Source: the human T2T-CHM13v2.0 reference genome, Homo sapiens. Taken from it: a DNA stretch of 64,000 nt. The position numbers and the translations under genes were made by a program. Shown piece by piece: positions 61,301 to 64,000 of the stretch (position 1 is the stretch's first letter; every line of letters starts with the position of its first letter). The stretch is taken from NCBI RefSeq assembly GCF_009914755.1, contig NC_060929.1. The stretch is one strand, 5' to 3'. Under the pieces are notes generated by a model. That model was not told the origin of the DNA and did not search any database. It saw only the letters and a program-made list of their open reading frames with translations.

Positions 61301-64000
61301 GGAAACACTCTGTTTGTAAAGTCTGCACGTGGATAATTTGACCACTTAGAGGCCTTCGTTGGAAACGGGTTTTTTTCATGTAAGGCTAGACAGAAGAATT
61401 CTCAGTAACTTCCTTGTGTTGTGTGTATTCAACTCACAGAGTTGAACGATCCTTTACACAGAGCAGACTTGTAACACTCTTTTTGTGGAATTTGCAAGTG
61501 GAGATTTCAGCCGCTTTGAAGTCAAATGTAGAAAAGGAAATATCTTCCTATAAAAACTAGACAGAATGATTCTCAGAAACTCCTTTGTGATGTGTGCGTT
61601 CAACTCACAGAGTTTAACCTTTCTTTTCATAGAGCAGTTAGGAAACACTCTGTTTGTAAAGTCTGCAAGTGGATATTCAGCCCTCTTTGAGGCCTTCGTT
61701 GGAAACGGGTTTTTTTCATATAAGGCTAGACAGAAGAATTCCCAGTAACTTCCTTGTGTTGTGTGTGTTCAACTCACAGAGTTGAACTTTCATTTACACA
61801 GAGCAGATTTGAAACACTCTTTTTGTGGAATTTGCAAGTGGAGATTTCAAGCGCTTTGAGGCCAAAGGCAGAAAAGGAAATATCTTCGTATAAAAACTAG
61901 ACAGAATCATTCTCAGAAACTGCTCTGTGATGTGTGCGTTCAACTCTCAGAGTTTAACTTTTCTTTTCATTCAGCAGTTTGGAAACACTCTGTTTCTAAA
62001 GTCTGCACGTGGATAATTTGACCACTTAGAGGCCTTCGTTGGAAACGGGTTTTTTTCATGTAAGGCTAGACAGAAGAGTTCTCAGTAACTTCCTTGTGTT
62101 GTGTGTATTCAACTCACAGAGTTGAACGATCCTTTACAGAGAGCAGACTTGTAACACTCTTTTTGTGGAATTTGCAAGTGGAGATTTCAGCCGCTTTGCA
62201 GTCAAAGTAGAAAAGGAAATATCTTCCTATAAAAACTAGACAGAATGATTCTCAGAAACTCCTTTGTGATGTGTGCGTTCAACTCACAGAGTTTAACCTT
62301 TCTTTTCATAGAGCAGTTAGGAAACACTCTGTTTGTAAAGTCTGCAAGTGGATATTCAGACCTCTTTGAGGCCTTCGTTGGAAACGGGTTTTTTTCATAT
62401 AAGGCTAGACAGAAGAATTCCCAGTAACTTCCTTGTGTTGTGTGTGTTCAACTCACAGAGTTGAACTTTCATTTACACAGAGCAGATTTGAAACACTCTT
62501 TTTGTGGAATTTGCAGGTGGAGATTTCAAGCGCTTTGAGGCCAAAGGCAGAAAAGGAAATATCTTCGTATAAAAACTAGACAGAATCATTCTCAGAAACT
62601 GCTCTGCGATGTGTGCGTTCAACTCTCAGAGTTTAACTTTGCTTTTCATTCAGCAGTTTGGAAACACTCTGTTTGTAAAGTCTGCACGTGGATAATTTGA
62701 CCACTTAGAGGCCTTCGTTGGAAACGGGTTTTTTTCATGTAAGGCTAGACAGAAGAATTCTCAGTAACTTCCTTGTGTTGTGTGTATTCAACTCACAGAG
62801 TTGAACGATCCTTTACACAGAGCAGACTTGTAACACTCTTTTTGTGGAATTTGCAAGTGGAGATTTCAGCCGCTTTGAAGTCAAAGGTAGAAAAGGAAAT
62901 ATCTTCCTATAAAAACTAGACAGAATGATTCTCAGAAACTCCTTTGTGATGTGTGCGTTCAACTCACAGAGTTTAACCTTTCTTTTCATAGAGCAGTTAG
63001 GAAACACTCTGCTTGTAAAGTCTGCAAGTGGATATTCAGCCCTCTTTGAGGCCTTCGTTGGAAACGGGTTTTTTTCATATAAGGCTAGACAGAAGAATTC
63101 CCAGTAACTTCCTTGTGTTGTGTGTGTTCAACTCACAGAGTTGAACTTTCATTTATACAGAGCAGATTTGAAACACTCTTTTTGTGGAATTTGCAAGTGG
63201 AGATTTCAAGCGCTTTGAGGCCAAAGGCAGAAAAGGAAATATCTTCGTATAAAAACTAGACAGAATCATTCTCAGAAACTGCTCTGCGATGTGTGCGTTC
63301 AACTCTCAGAGTTTAACTTTTCTTTTCATTCAGCAGTTTGGAAACACTCTGTTTGTAAAGTCTGCACGTGGATATTTTGACCACTTAGAGGCCTTCATTG
63401 GAATCGGGTTTTTTTCCTGTAAGGCTAGACAGAAGAATTCCCAGTAACTTCCTTGTGTTGTGTACATTCAACTCACAGAGTTGAACGTTCCCTTAGACAG
63501 AGCAGATTTGAAACACTCTTTTTGTGCAATTGGCAAGTGGAGATTTCAAGCGCTTTGAGGTCAATGGCAGAAAAGGAAATATCTTCGTTTCAAAACTAGA
63601 CAGAATCATTCCCACAAACTGCGTTGTGATGTGTTCGTTCTACTCACAGAGTGTAACCTTTCTTTTCATAGAGCAGTTAGGAAACAGTCTGTTTGAAAAT
63701 TCTGTAAGGGGATATTCTGACATCTTGTGGCCTTCGTTGGAAACGGGATTTCTTCATATTCTGCTAGACAGAAGAATTCTCAGAATCTTCCTTGTGTTGT
63801 GTGTATTCAATTCACAGAGTTGAACGATAGTTTACACAGAGCAGATTTGAAACACTCATTTGGTGGAATTTGCAAGTGGAGATTTCAGCCGCTTTGAGGT
63901 CAATGGTAGAAAAGGAAATATCTTCGTATAACAACTAGACAGAATGATTCTCAGAAACTTCTTTGTGATGTGTGTGTTCAACTCACAGTGTTTAACCTTT

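Larger units (their letters stand above)
1..64000 (+). repeat. Centromeric alpha-satellite higher-order repeat array, suprachromosomal family 1 (J1/J2 dimeric, ~340-bp dimer, ~188 dimers)
   Basis: Continuous ~170-bp periodicity with alphoid consensus motifs (CATTCTCAGAAACT, TTCAACTCACAGAGTT, GAGCAGATTTGAAACACTCTTTTTGTGGAAT, AAACTAGACAGAA). CENP-B-box and pJalpha-type monomers alternate strictly, GAATTC recurs about every 340 bp, and ORF-track spacings are all multiples of ~339.5 bp. Confidence 0.99.
1..64000 (+). repeat. Probable human chromosome 10 active HOR array (D10Z1 / S1C10H1L)
   Basis: SF1 dimer, 8-mer base unit with a 6-mer variant, one RsaI site (GTAC, e.g. 2649-2652) per unit, and many length variants. 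This matches my recollection of D10Z1 being defined by RsaI 6-mer/8-mer units. Other SF1 arrays (e.g. chr12 D12Z3, also an 8-mer) are not excluded without alignment. Confidence 0.7.

Noticed and set aside
413-63823. About 200 short ORFs (60-99 aa; MILRNSF..., MFPNCSM..., MQLASGD..., MSEYPLT...) on both strands
   Set aside because: They are translations of the satellite. They recur with the 340-bp period, overlap on opposite strands, often use non-ATG starts, are opened or broken at random by SNPs and 1-bp indels, and show no recognisable domain. Used only as positional markers.
1-64000. CRISPR-like array or prokaryotic repeat/defence system
   Set aside because: There are no unique spacers and no cas or other genes; the whole unit is repeated and matches alpha satellite.
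1-64000. L1/Alu insertion, inversion or non-satellite island
   Set aside because: None seen. The monomer register is unbroken, every CENP-B box is on the + strand, and there are no poly-A tails or target-site duplications.
1-64000. Possibility that this is a synthetic, Markov-generated centromere model (GRCh38-style)
   Set aside because: Private SNPs stay linked over 5-7 kb and recur at fixed long offsets, which a low-order monomer Markov model would not be expected to produce. A long-read assembly is more likely, though individual duplications still need read validation.

Overview
The whole 64 kb window is one uninterrupted, single-orientation array of primate (almost certainly human) centromeric alpha-satellite DNA. 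It is made of ~171-bp monomers in the suprachromosomal family 1 (SF1, J1/J2) ~340-bp dimer, with a CENP-B box in every second monomer, a pJalpha-type box in the others, and one EcoRI site per dimer. The base higher-order repeat (HOR) is an 8-mer (~1358-1359 bp, four dimers here called Q-P'-R-S) with one RsaI site; this best fits the chromosome 10 active array D10Z1 (inferred from memory, not searched). There are no genes, RNA genes, transposon insertions, inversions or CRISPR arrays, and all listed ORFs are repeat artefacts. I found no new protein-coding system. The interest is structural. Most units are an 8-mer plus 0-3 copies of a derived 4-mer, and two HOR sub-lineages are interleaved. There are nested multi-kb duplications (1.36, 2.04, 2.72, 3.40, 5.44 kb, plus long-range copies at 9.5 and 12.9 kb), hybrid monomers marking out-of-register recombination, paralogs with incongruent SNP sharing, and a ~9 kb patch where inactivated CENP-B boxes have been amplified. 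Breakpoint coordinates are approximate because they were read by eye from diagnostic SNPs.
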